Origin: Lingula anatina | Taxonomy: Eukaryota > Animalia > Brachiopoda | Reading direction: 5' to 3' | NCBI GenBank assembly: GCA_051362555.1 | Contig: CM120643.1 | Span: 27,098,848-27,162,847 of the forward strand | Length of the DNA stretch: 64,000 bases | In this document: positions 13,401 to 23,624 of the stretch, piece after piece | How the letters are laid out: every line of letters begins with the position of its first letter | Position numbering within the stretch: the stretch's first letter is position 1 | Translations under genes and position numbers: made by a program | The notes under the pieces: generated by a model | Database searches by the model: none | What the model saw: the letters and a program-made list of their open reading frames with translations, nothing else | Told to the model about the DNA's origin: nothing

Positions 13401-16400
13401 TGCCTTGCGCTGCACGCAAACTTTCACGAGCTAGCTTGCACGTGTCTTCCAATCGGTTTCTCAGGTCTATTATGTACTGGTATGTGTTCTGTACTTCTGG
13501 CGTCGTACTTTCTGTCCACAACTCCTTCAAAATTTCCATTGGCCCCCTCACGGTTCTCCCATACAACAATTCAAAAGGCGAGAATCCTAGACTGGCTTGA
13601 GGCACTTCTCTGTATGCAAACAAAACTGCTGGTAAATATCTGTCCCAGTCCTTGGGTCTCTCTTGGCACATTTTCTTTATCATGCTCTTGAGTACACCGT
13701 TCATCCGCTCACAAAGGCCATTACACTTGGGATTGTATGGCGTCGTAAACAACTGTTTCATAGAGATCAATCTGGATACTTCTTTCATAAGGTCTGACGT
13801 AAACTGTGTCCCGCAATCACTCAGCACTTCTTTTGGGAATCCTATACGACAGAATACTTCCAGTAAGGCTTCAGCCACGCGCTCTGTCTCAATTCTCGGT
13901 AAGGCTATGGCTTCAGGGTAACGTGTCGCATAGTCAACTACAGTCAAAATGTAGCGGTTTCCACGCTCGGTCACTGGAGCAATTGGGCCAATCAGATCAA
14001 CAGCTATGCGATGGAACGGGACATCAATTAATGGCATTTCTCCCATGGGAACTTTGGTAACCTTTCCCCTTGGGGTTGTTCGTTGGCACACATCACATGA
14101 CTTGCAATAACGACTAATGTCACTTATGTGACCTGGCCAATAAAAGGCACTGGTTATTCTGTCACTGGTTTTCTTGACTCCTAAGTGACCCCCTACTATG
14201 CTTTCATGGGCTAATTTCATAACTTCTTCCCTATATGGCTTTGGCACTACTACTTGCAAGACTTCCTTATCACTATTCTTGTAACACTTATATAATATAT
14301 CATTTTTCACAACAAAACCATAGGAACCTTGTCCCTTGGTCTGCTTCAATTCACCACTACTTGCTAATTGGTAACATTTCTCAAGTGAACTATCAGCTTT
14401 CTGTGCTGCTATTAACTCATTCGAGTTCACCTCTTGAATGCCTGGTAATGCCACCTTAAGCGGTCTTATATCTAACTTTTCCTTCTTAGCTTGTGCTCTT
14501 GTTGTCACAGCTCCTATCTCCACCTCTTGTCTCCACTCTGGATCTGGTATATTGCTAACACCTGGTATATTACCTAACACTACATCGTAAACTGGTTTTT
14601 CCATAACCATTGCCTCCACTAGGCCCACATAATATGGTGTATCAATGTGCACATTTGCTACAGGAAACTGACGGACAGTCCCATCTATAAGTACACATGA
14701 ATGCTCTCCACCAGTAAAATGACCCTTCTCAACTAATGACGCTCTCACCGCTACTCCACTACAGCCTGTATCCCTTAAGACGCTAACCCTCTTCTTTCCA
14801 ACAAAGCCACTGATAACAGGCATATTTTTACTTGTAACTGAGTTGCTGCAACCACTGGCCACTGACTTTTTGGTACTTTGAGGACAGTTCTTAGCAATGT
14901 GTCCATGCTTGTGACACAAAAAACACTTGTCACTCATAGGGCATTCTTTAGCAAAATGTCCTCTTCTGAAACATAAGCGACATTGATCCTTTTCTACGGT
15001 CTTCATGTCCGACTTCCCTGGTTCTGACTGCTTACTACTATTCACAACAACGGCCTTGTTTGGGTGTCTAAAATTATTCTTCCCCTTGACTGGGGCCCCA
15101 CTGTGTGCCTCAAGGTATTGCTCTGCTAACCTGGTCATCTCATCAACAGTCCTTGGCTTCCTTTCTTTTAAGAACACTGACAGTTCATTGGAGCATGTCG
15201 ACATGAATTGCTCTCGTATGATGAGGTCATCGAGGCTTTCTACTGTATCTTCAACTTCTGAGAGTTCTTTCCATCTTTGATAATATCTCTTCATCCTAGC
15301 AACAAATTGAAACACCGTTTCCCCACTGTCAGGTTTACAGCTTCTGAACTTAACACGAAACCCTTCTTCGGTCAGCATATATCTCTTCAACAAAGCTACT
15401 TTCAAGTTGTCATAGTTATTAGCTTCCTCGGCTGGCATACTAGAATACGCCTGCAGACCTTTACCAGTTAACAATGGGCTTAGACTCACTGACCAACTCT
15501 CTTTTGGCCACTGCTGACTAGAAGCAAAGCGTTCAAAACGATCTAAAAATGCGTCCATATCGTCTTTATTTTCATCGAACGCAGGTAACTTTGGGCGTGG
15601 TGCTTTAACCTTTGTTTCACCTGATGTACTTGCACTGAATTTGGTTTTCTGTTCGCCCAATTGTACCTGTAGTTTCATTTTTTCTATCTCCATATGCTCC
15701 TTCTCTAATGCCCGTTGCTGTTCTTCTCGCTGAAACTTTCTGTCAAGTTCTTGCTTTTCCATTTCTAATTCATGGTTTAATCTTAACACTTCTAATTCCT
15801 GTCTCTTTCTTTCATCCTCACGTACACGTGCTCTCTCTTCACGCTCTAGGTACTGTTGTTCACATTTTGCTACATACTCTCTCAACTGTTCAGCTTCATA
15901 CCCTAACTTTTGACCATCACTGATGTATTTACTCGTATCCATGCTGTAGGATGTTTTCTAGCTGTCTATAAGAAAAACGAATATCTACTCAACTAAAGAG
16001 TGCTACACACTACTCTACGTACAACAGTGCTTTACTAAATCACTTAAGTACACTTAGCACTCTACAGTTCTATGTTACCACACTGTATCACTACAGCAGA
16101 CTACCACCTACATGTACTGTTAGTACACTTCACTTAACTACACTCCTGTAATTTAACACTGTTGAATATATCCACGCACTGTACTGCTTGTAATGTAGAC
16201 ACAACTAAAGGTAACACTAAATCATCATACCAACACATTACACACTTTTGTAATGCACAACACCGCTATAGGGTACAACTGTATTACTGCTTATAACCAC
16301 TGTTAGACAGTACCAACACATTACACACTTTTGTAATGCACAACACTACTATAGGGTACAACTGTATTACTGCTAACCACTGTTAGGCAGTACCAACACA

Positions 16401-19400
16401 TTACACACTTTTGTAATGCACAACACTACTATAAGGTACAACTGTATTACTGCTAACCACTGTTAGGCAGTACCAACACATTACACACTTTTGTAATGCA
16501 CAACACTACTATACTGTCACTGATAACATTTAAGTGTCAGTTGATCAACTTGAATAAACACTGTCAGCTGCATGGGCTATAATGTTCATAACACCAGTCC
16601 ACTTCTAGTATCACACGGCACACAACTGTAGCTAACGGTATGATAGCATATGTTCCAGTCAGTTCGTTTCACTACACCGAGCATCACACAGTTATTATAG
16701 TTATCAAGGCTACAACTCACGTCACACGTTGATATCGGTTGTTCCACAGTCAGCATCGTTCCGCTGTCTTTATTCAGTTCCCGGACGAGCCCCCAAATTG
16801 TGAGGAAAAACAACAGCGCTTAGAACGCTTCCAAAATTATTTATTCTATATTCATACAATACTACATCTCATGTAAACCTACTGTCACAGGTGCATGTTG
16901 TGAACTAATAACTCTCGGTATTTCAGAGGTAAATCTTTTATCCTTGCGTAATCGTGTTTCCCCGATACGTCCTTGAACTGTCCCGGTCCTAGGTCTGAAT
17001 TACAATCCACTTCATTATGATAACAAATAAGTGCATAAAGGGTCCTAAAGCAAAGTGGTGTCATTGAACAATACTGCCAGGAAAGACAACAGCGCCTAAA
17101 ACTCCTCCACAATCATCCGAAACAGCCATGCCGCATGGCCCCGATTTTTCTTCTCCCCTCTTTTTGTGATCTCCCAACCCAGGAGAGCTTAATTCTCTGA
17201 CAGGATTGTATAATACAAGTTAAATGTATGTGTAATACAAGTTAAATGCTGGTTTAAAATGTCTGAAAAGAATTCTGACTTTGTGTCAGGTAGTAATCTG
17301 CTGTGGGGATCTGGAATTGACAAATCTTGAATTTTTTTTTAATATGAGAGGTTTTGAATTATTTAAGTAATTGCCATTACATAATTATCATTGCACATCT
17401 GCTTGAGATGAAATATACAAAGTAATTGTTATGATTAATTTAGCTTTCTGGATTATGCCTGATTTCAGGATTTTCAGTCTCTATTTATTTATTTTTTGTA
17501 TGGTCTAAATGTGATGAGAAATTGCAAGCTACATTTTCAAGACTTTCAGTCTTTACAATTCTCACCTTGCATTGTGGATGTACCCAATATGTTTTTTTTT
17601 TTTTTTTGTCAGGTCCAAGCTTCAGTTTATTGCCTGGACAAGCTGCAATCTGGAGGCCACAGAAGACAAACAGCTTTGTAGCATGCCCCCAGATATAGCA
17701 ATACAGGTACATTGAAATAAATCATTGGCTATACTTTTCATGTTTTGATTAAAAAAATGATATCACAGAATAAAATAAGGTTGCTTACGTCTTGTATATT
17801 TGAAATTTTGAATACTGAAATAACAGGTATACCACATGTATATGTTGCATTTCAGATTGCAGTGGCACTGGGACTTCCTTCTGTTGACTACACTGTCATT
17901 CCTGCTTCTGACGTAGATAATAGAATGTTACAAGTAAGAGACAATTCTATATATTGTATTTCAGATTGCAGTGGCACTGGGACTTCCTTCTGTTGACTAC
18001 ACTGTCATTCCTGCTTCTGATGTAGATAATAGAATGTTACAAGTAAGAGACAATTCCAAGAGATATCGTACTAACTTTGTATCAATCTATCTCCAAGGGG
18101 ATTCTCACTATATGGCTGTCAACTTAATGTAAGAGGGTAATTAACTACTATAGAGACCGAGCGTGCATGAAAGTTAATTATTAATCATTATTTTTATAAA
18201 AACAAAAATAAAGAATATTATTATTATTATTCTACATATTTCAGGTGCGTCAGGGTTATGGCTATGAAGGAGAGGTATTTTATTTTCTGGACTCCACCAG
18301 ATCTGTGATGGGATTGCTGAAGAAGAAAACTATATGGTGATTATACACAATACCTGGCATTGTCTTCAACTTTCATCCTTTATTGTACCACCAGCGTTAG
18401 CGCTGGCGGTACACATGGTTTCGGTCTCGTCCGGATCGTTCCGCCGGCTCCGCTGGACGGCTACCGTTACCGCTTCTCCTCCTAGACGGTAAGGGCCCCC
18501 GTACCCATCTCTTGGATTTAGGTTACCTATAATCTCAGCTCGTTCCACGTAAAATTTGGGCTTTGCCGGTATTGGGGTCTGGGTGTGGCACTCATTGCAA
18601 TGCACCCTTGTCCAAAAATGGCAAAATTAAATGCTAATTATCTACCCTACGGAAGGGGTTATGGGAAAAATTTCTACAGACGGCTTTCCAAAAGTCATAT
18701 GTGTAGATTTCAAATATGCCCTTGGATTTGACCTTTGACCTTTACTTCAAGGTCAAATGGGCCAAAATTTTCAAAAAAATAATATTTTTTATGAAAAAAA
18801 ATTTTTTTGCCCTGTTATTCAGACACCACACAGACTTAACCAATAATATTATTGGAAAGTGTTACCCTTCAGGTCATCTTTCATCTCCGTGAATTTGGGG
18901 TCAATCGGTGCATTTTCACTGGAGTAACGGCCATAAGATGCCGAAACTGAAAACTGTCTCTAATTCCGGAACCGTTAATGCTAGAGACCCATTCTTTTTT
19001 GCATTTTGTAGAGCATGTAAAGCCCAACACTGGAGGTGGTCTCCATTTTTTTGTATTCCAAACGGTTTTCGAGTTACGCTATCAAAAAGTACATATTGGT
19101 GGTGAAAGCAAAATGTGCAGTACGGTATAGTCAGGTGGCTCAGTCCAAATTTTTTCCAGAATTGTGCAATAGATGATAAAAGCATGAAACTTTCCCCGAT
19201 GAATAACCATTGGGTGTTCATCTATTTTGGATCAGGGGGTTGACAAACACCCAATGGTCATTCATCGTGGAAAATTTCATGCTGTTATCATCTTTTGCAC
19301 AATTCTGGATAAAATTTGGACTGAGCCTCCTGACTACTTTTCACCATGAACTAAACTTTGCATATTTTGCTTCCCTTTCATATCCAAAACTGGCAGAGAT

Positions 19401-21702
19401 AGGTCCATAGTTACTATTGGACTTGAATAGGAAGTCATATACTGGCAATCTGAATGTGACCTTGAAATTGACCTTTGACCTACTTTTCACCATGAACTAA
19501 CCTTTGCAAATTTTGTTTCCCTTTTATCTCCAAAACTGGCAGAGATAGGTCCATAGTTACTATTGAACTAGAATAGGAAGTCATACACTGGCAATCTAAA
19601 TGTGACCTTGAAATTGACCTTTGACCTACTTTTCACCATGAACTGAACTTTGCAAATTTTGCTTCCCTTTTATCTCCCAAACTGGCAGAGATAGGTCCAA
19701 AGTTACTTTTGAAGTTGAATAGGAAGTCATATACTGGCAATCTTACTGTGAAATTGACCTTTCACCTACCTTTTGATGAACTTTTGATATATTTTTTTGC
19801 ATATTTTGAAAATTCTTGTTGATTGCATTTTTACAGCTTGTCAAGCAAAAGACTGGTGGCTGTGTCCCTTATTTTGTGTATGTGGGGGTCTATACGAATG
19901 CGCTTGCTCCAGCTGGTGGTACAATATTCGGAGGCGGTATCGCCTCTCTGATCCTCTAGTTTTCATTTTTTTTAAATTGAGACATAGTAAGCAGAAAAAA
20001 TCAGTTTATTGTTAATTGTTAAGCAGTCAGGTGGCATTTTGTTACAGCAGTGGTTTATTTCATGAAACTATTTTTAAAGTTTAGTTGAAACTGAATGAAA
20101 GGTTACTTTTAAAAAGTGAAATGAACATCTGGTAAGAGCAGTTTGACGTCCTTACTTTCAAGGATCACTGGAAAGTAACTTTTCTATTTTATTGTGGGGC
20201 GAGGGTTCATGTGGTCTTGCTTTCCATGTCATTCAGCTGTTCATATAACTCATACTATTGTCACAGGTACATAGTATGTAGAGCAATACGGGAGAAGAGT
20301 CGGAGTACCTGCCAACAGAATAACAAATCTCCCAGTACTTTCTCTTTATCCAAGGCTCTGAATAAGGTTAGTGAAGGTTGAAAGAGAGAAGGGGATATAC
20401 TGTCTGATACAGATTGGAAATTTTAGTTATTTTTTACTTCCTTGGAAGAGAAACAAAAACAGGCTGGCTGTTTGTAGTATAATAAAAGTCTTAATGTGTT
20501 ATTTGTTGAAACTAAAAAAATGAAATTTGCAGTTATGTGAATTGCACCAAAGTGACCAAAAGTAAAATAAATCCTGTAATTATATTTTTTTCCACTGAAT
20601 GATTTTTAAAAAATCGTATATAGTGTATTTAATAATGATGACATAAAGTTATTTACAGGATTTAAATTGCAAGTTTTCCATTTGCCAAACATGGGTATAT
20701 GGATCCGTTATTAAATGATTTATTGAATTAAAAAAACAGTGAGCATGTTACGATCTCTTCTCTGTGTTTTCAGACAGAAAGGAGGATAGATGAAATTCAA
20801 AAATGGTTGAACTTAGATAACGGAAGTGTGAAGTTATGGAAGGTATGTTACTGTAATTCTATCTGATATATCACAGTCTCTTTATGTGATATTCAGATTT
20901 GATATTCAGTCTGGATAAGATAAAATAAGATATTAACTCAGTCCAGTAGATTTGGTGTCAAACCATTATACAAGTATTTAAATTTTAAGACATATTTTCA
21001 ACAGTCGATCTTCAGAGTAACATTAGCCCCTTCTTCCAGGAATGTACCTTTGGACAATTGTATTTAATTCATTAATTAATTTATGTATGTATTTATGTAT
21101 TTATTTATTTATTTTTGCATAGAACCTAGGAACCAAATTTGTGAGATGGTGTGTAGGAGGTGTTGACAGAGGAAATATAACAGTGGCAGAAGTTGCAGAT
21201 TTATTTCCTGTACTATGGTGAGGTTTCTTTTCATCACATTCAAGGACTGCTTTCTCAAAATAACTTTAAACCAAAAGTTGACCCCATCTCTTAGAAATTT
21301 GGTACATTCAGTTCAACATAAGTCTGTAGGTATTATGGTCCACACCAATAAAGTGCATTATCTAAACCATGAACCACATCATTCTTCTCATGAAGCAGGA
21401 GTAATATTTCCTGTAAGTGATTAACTACTGAATTGTATTTGGTCAAAGTAGACTAAGATTTTGGTCTAAAAGGTTAGACAAGTTTAAAATCTGTATTTGA
21501 TTGTTTTGTAAATCCCCAAGTTTTGTGGTCATTTTGTTTCAAATGCAGAATGTTTTTTTTTTTATTTAAGCAGTTATAAGTTATAAAAAATTGTTAATTT
21601 TCTAAATTTTATTTCATTTTAAGGAAAAGATATTTAGAAGAATCCCATTTAACAGATAAAGTGCATTCTTCATGGACAGAACTATCAGCATCAGACACTT
21701 GA
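7480..21702 (+). CDS. Stand-alone ATP-dependent RNA ligase, T4 Rnl1/Trl1-ligase-like, 479 aa, 13 exons
   Basis: Exons 7480-7649, 8147-8315, 8609-8764, 9573-9711, 9951-10053, 10725-10820, 17613-17706, 17856-17933 (or 17965-18042), 18245-18336, 20267-20366, 20774-20842, 21123-21217, 21624-21702. All GT-AG and phase-consistent, 1440 nt. Motifs in order: ARG, KKF, motif I KANG (K178), Ia GSKN, III VFEIL, IV EGEVFY, V LKKKT. AATAAA at 22158. Confidence 0.85.
9365..9575 (+). repeat. Intronic ~45-54 bp tandem repeat built from the exon-4 splice acceptor
   Basis: Five copies of TTGATCTTCA(G/T)CCT; the last supplies the real acceptor (exon starts at 9573). Confidence 0.8.
10200..10410 (+). repeat. 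Degenerate intronic minisatellite (TAGGACT...GGACTCAAG)
   Basis: About 3-4 imperfect units repeating ATAGGACTATCAGATG and GGGACTCAAGA. Confidence 0.7.
10912..11315 (-). repeat. 3' LTR
   Basis: Direct repeat of 16799-17202, preceded on the minus strand by the PPT-like AGTAGGGGGTAGT (about 11316-11328). Confidence 0.97.
11659..15942 (-). CDS. Gag-Pol polyprotein (coiled coil, SCAN-like capsid, 2 CCHC knuckles, protease, integrase, RT, RNase H), 1427 aa
   Basis: Knuckles CRLCFRRGHFAKEC and CFLCHKHGHIAKNC; protease LRDTGCS; integrase HESIVGGHLG...CKSCDVC, IAVDLIGP, VLSDCGTQF, NGLCERMN; then RT MPFG/YVDD and RNase H TDASDVG...ERECLA...TDH. Confidence 0.97.
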   Translation of the reverse strand: MDTSKYISDGQKLGYEAEQLREYVAKCEQQYLEREERARVREDERKRQELEVLRLNHELEMEKQELDRKFQREEQQRALEKEHMEIEKMKLQVQLGEQKTKFSASTSGETKVKAPRPKLPAFDENKDDMDAFLDRFERFASSQQWPKESWSVSLSPLLTGKGLQAYSSMPAEEANNYDNLKVALLKRYMLTEEGFRVKFRSCKPDSGETVFQFVARMKRYYQRWKELSEVEDTVESLDDLIIREQFMSTCSNELSVFLKERKPRTVDEMTRLAEQYLEAHSGAPVKGKNNFRHPNKAVVVNSSKQSEPGKSDMKTVEKDQCRLCFRRGHFAKECPMSDKCFLCHKHGHIAKNCPQSTKKSVASGCSNSVTSKNMPVISGFVGKKRVSVLRDTGCSGVAVRASLVEKGHFTGGEHSCVLIDGTVRQFPVANVHIDTPYYVGLVEAMVMEKPVYDVVLGNIPGVSNIPDPEWRQEVEIGAVTTRAQAKKEKLDIRPLKVALPGIQEVNSNELIAAQKADSSLEKCYQLASSGELKQTKGQGSYGFVVKNDILYKCYKNSDKEVLQVVVPKPYREEVMKLAHESIVGGHLGVKKTSDRITSAFYWPGHISDISRYCKSCDVCQRTTPRGKVTKVPMGEMPLIDVPFHRIAVDLIGPIAPVTERGNRYILTVVDYATRYPEAIALPRIETERVAEALLEVFCRIGFPKEVLSDCGTQFTSDLMKEVSRLISMKQLFTTPYNPKCNGLCERMNGVLKSMIKKMCQERPKDWDRYLPAVLFAYREVPQASLGFSPFELLYGRTVRGPMEILKELWTESTTPEVQNTYQYIIDLRNRLEDTCKLARESLRAAQGISKHHYDKKARDRTFKKGEKVLLLLPTDHNKLTLQWKGPFEVAEVVNKWDCRVSVNGKMKTYHVNLLKKYLERDTPIQEMEQVNMAVIEPDLHDEGVIDDENLLELEWQSKPESYHDVKINEELSEDKKSDLRKLVEEYQSIFTEKPGSTSLEEHSVTLVSKEPIRVKQYSLPYATRTIVHDEVKTMLDNDIIEPSNSPYNSPIVIVRKKDGSSRFCVDFRRLNAVTCFDTEPMGNAEDIIARLSDDVYYSKVDLSKGYWQIPMSEESKPLTSFSTSDGNYQFKRMPFGMVNSGATFNKMMRKLLNGAQNLDHYVDDVLCHTTTWAEHLKTLRELFQRVRDAGLTIRPSKCWLGYQTVNFVGHQIGEGKVAMETEKVDRLRNAPRPQTKKQVRSFIGLAGYYRKFIPNFSELSAPLTDLTKKGEPTVVRWEEPQECAFQTLRKLLISAPILRMPDFSRSFILRTDASDVGVGAVLLQKYDDELFPVAYASKKLLPREKNYSVIERECLAVVFGVKKFQNYLYGKEFTVQTDHEPLTYLQKSKTENGRLMRWALYLQSYRFRVEAIKGSDNVGADYLSRLC
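16228..16513. repeat. ~80-bp tandem repeat (about 3.5 copies) in the retrotransposon 5' leader
   Basis: TACCAACACATTACACACTTTTGTAATGCACAACAC recurs at 16228, 16311, 16391 and 16471. Confidence 0.92.
16779..16795 (-). other. Primer-binding site complementary to the 3' end of tRNA-Pro
   Basis: Minus strand reads TGGGGGCTCGTCCGGGA, 3 nt inside the 5' LTR; matches the canonical tRNA-Pro PBS. Confidence 0.93.
16799..17202 (-). repeat. 5' LTR
   Basis: Direct repeat of 10912-11315, adjacent to the PBS. Confidence 0.97.
17845..18056 (+). repeat. 109-bp tandem duplication containing all of RNA ligase exon 8 and its splice sites
   Basis: Exon copies 17856-17933 and 17965-18042 both have TTTCAG acceptors and GTAAGA donors; one synonymous difference (GAC/GAT). 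Confidence 0.95.
18381..19960 (+). mobile_element. Non-autonomous Helentron-type (HINE/DINE-1-like) element with internal 146-bp tandem repeats
   Basis: 15-bp subterminal IR TATTGTACCACCAGC (18381) / GCTGGTGGTACAATA (19912-19926). 5' local hairpin, 3' stem-loop GAGGCG-GTAT-CGCCTC, CTAG end in a T run, no TSD. Repeat units at 19341, 19487 and 19633. Confidence 0.8.
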
Positions 21703-22295
21703 CACACGTAGACCCATTTAGTGGAAAGAGACCCCCCTCCCACATACTTCAACACCCCCACCCCTGCCATCTACCTCCCCAAACCCCAGGGATGGCAAGT
21801 GATTAGAGCCCCCAGAGGATGCAGAGACCCCCCAGGAAGGAGGATAACATGTCCACGGGGGACAACCTTTACTGTGATACTGAAACACTGATCTAACCGT
21901 CAAGTTGGACACTGGACAACTGAAACTTTCATGTATAACAACCTGTGAAGGACTTCTGTTTGACCTGTTTACTTGTAATATTTTACCTGTAATGTTTTAC
22001 TTGTAATATTTGACATGTAATAACAGCAGCAACAGGGAACCCTACACAGGTTAACATATAACATATTTATTATAGAATGTTATTGCAGATAAAAGACATA
22101 ATTCTTTTTTTTACTTTTTCTGAAAGACAGATGATTTTATTGTATAATGTATTTTTCAATAAAAAGATTAAACTTCCCATGCATATGCAGACGACCTGCA
22201 TTTGTCGTAAAAAAATAATTTCTTTGGATTTTGAATTCGCACATAAATTCAAAATTGCCAAGTCATCTTTGTCTACTTTTCCCCTAGTTCCATTA

Positions 22296-22337
<42 letters not shown>

Positions 22338-23147
22338 ATCCGGTACTAAAGCAAATTGTGATTGTCAGCATTCACAGCACGTGGTATATGACGTCTATTT
22401 GTCACATGACCATAGGCACGCCCACCTGTCAGTTCATATCGCATCAAAAATATTGGTCCTGTCCTATTTACTATCCTCAGCTGGTATAATTATAATAATT
22501 GGGCCTCTTGAAAATATAATGAATATTGTAGTCAGTCATTAAACAAGTGAACTGTATCCACCAAGTTATCTCACACTCGCATTTTAAGTCAGATTGTAAT
22601 GTAACGACAATAGGTTTTGCCATAACCGATATTTCTATAACTCTCCCTCGTCCTTTTTTTTCAAATAGAAATGTTGCTTTAGTTTCTAGTAAATGCATGA
22701 GACAACAGATAGGGGTGGAACTTGTCCAGTTCCCGCCTTAGAATTGCATCATCAACTAAATTGGACAGAGAACTCCGGTCTATACAGCATGCAGGTTGAG
22801 ACAGAAAGCTCTAGCTATATAGGATATACCTCTCAACAGTGTGAGTTGTGAGCATCAACTTGAATGCTATGGATACATACTGTACACGTGTACGAGAAAA
22901 TAAAAGAAAACTTTTTTTACCGAAGACGGACTTCATTCCGCCTTCTCTGTTCTAAACGTAATAGTCTAAAGCTATTGAAAAATAATTCATAACAGGCAAG
23001 ATGTAATGTTCCAGAAGATGCAGATGCCGATACCAAATCTGGTAAAACAGATTTGTCAAAAAATCAGTCAAAAATTCAGCCACCCTCGAAAAATAATTTG
23101 CATTTGAAGTATGTTTTATTACTTGTCGCCAGTATTGTTCTAACAGT

Positions 23148-23308
23148 CAGGCCCGTAGCCAGCAGTTCCAAAAGGGGGGTTCTTTTTCTGAAAAAGTGGA
23201 CCTTTTCCCATAAAAACTTCATGTACCTAGATCAAATTTTACCCAGAGTGGACCTTTTCCCAGCAAAAGGGGCGGTTCTTTCGACCCCCCCCTCCCCTGG
23301 CTACGGGC
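23148..23308 (+). mobile_element. MITE family B copy 2 (right end fused to MITE A)
   Basis: Same core as 2856-3052; the right TIR ends at GGCTACGGGC and runs directly into MITE A. Confidence 0.85.
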
Positions 23309-23520
23309 TCTAATCCCATAGATTTTAGATCGATCTATCCCCGCGGGGAGTCTCACTAGATTACTGTCAGATAATCCGACTTTAATGTCCGTCCCGCCTA
23401 CTACAAGCTGTAAGAGGGTAATTAACTTTCGTGTCCGCCCGGCTGACAGCTATTTAGCGTGAACCCCCAGGGAGTTAGGTCGATCTAAAGTAGGTCGATC
23501 TAATCTATGGAAATGGGGTG
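23306..23520 (+). mobile_element. MITE family A copy 1 (215 bp, PIF/Harbinger-like)
   Basis: Near-identical to 25038-25252; imperfect TIRs CCATAGATT(TT)AGATCGA / TCGATCTAATCTATGG. Confidence 0.85.
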
Positions 23521-23624
23521 TTTGACTTGTGCCAGTGAACCAAAACGGATTATTTTTTATTTGCAAAATACTAATTTAAACTTCAAGCTATTTACAATAA
23601 ATCTGATGGATGTCCACCGTGTTT

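Larger units (their letters stand above)
10912..17202 (-). mobile_element. Full-length Gypsy LTR retrotransposon, Gmr1-like domain order, antisense in RNA ligase intron 6
   Basis: 404-bp LTRs at 10912-11315 and 16799-17202 (TG...CA) differ at one base (11272 C vs 17159 T). TSD GGATT at 10907-10911 and 17203-17207. tRNA-Pro PBS, PPT and a single intact ORF. Confidence 0.97.

Noticed and set aside
12680-15923. Plus-strand ORFs overlapping the polyprotein
   Set aside because: Antisense shadows of the gag-pol ORF.
16228-16513. Regularly spaced repeats that might suggest a CRISPR array
   Set aside because: The intervening sequences are repeated too (no unique spacers), there are no cas genes and the context is eukaryotic.
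16779-16795. tRNA-Pro 3'-end match
   Set aside because: Only 17 nt; it is the retroelement PBS, not a tRNA gene.
22297-22335. Long A run near the ligase 3' end suggesting a retrocopy tail
   Set aside because: The gene has introns, the run is about 130 nt from the AATAAA, there is no TSD, and homopolymers are common in this window.
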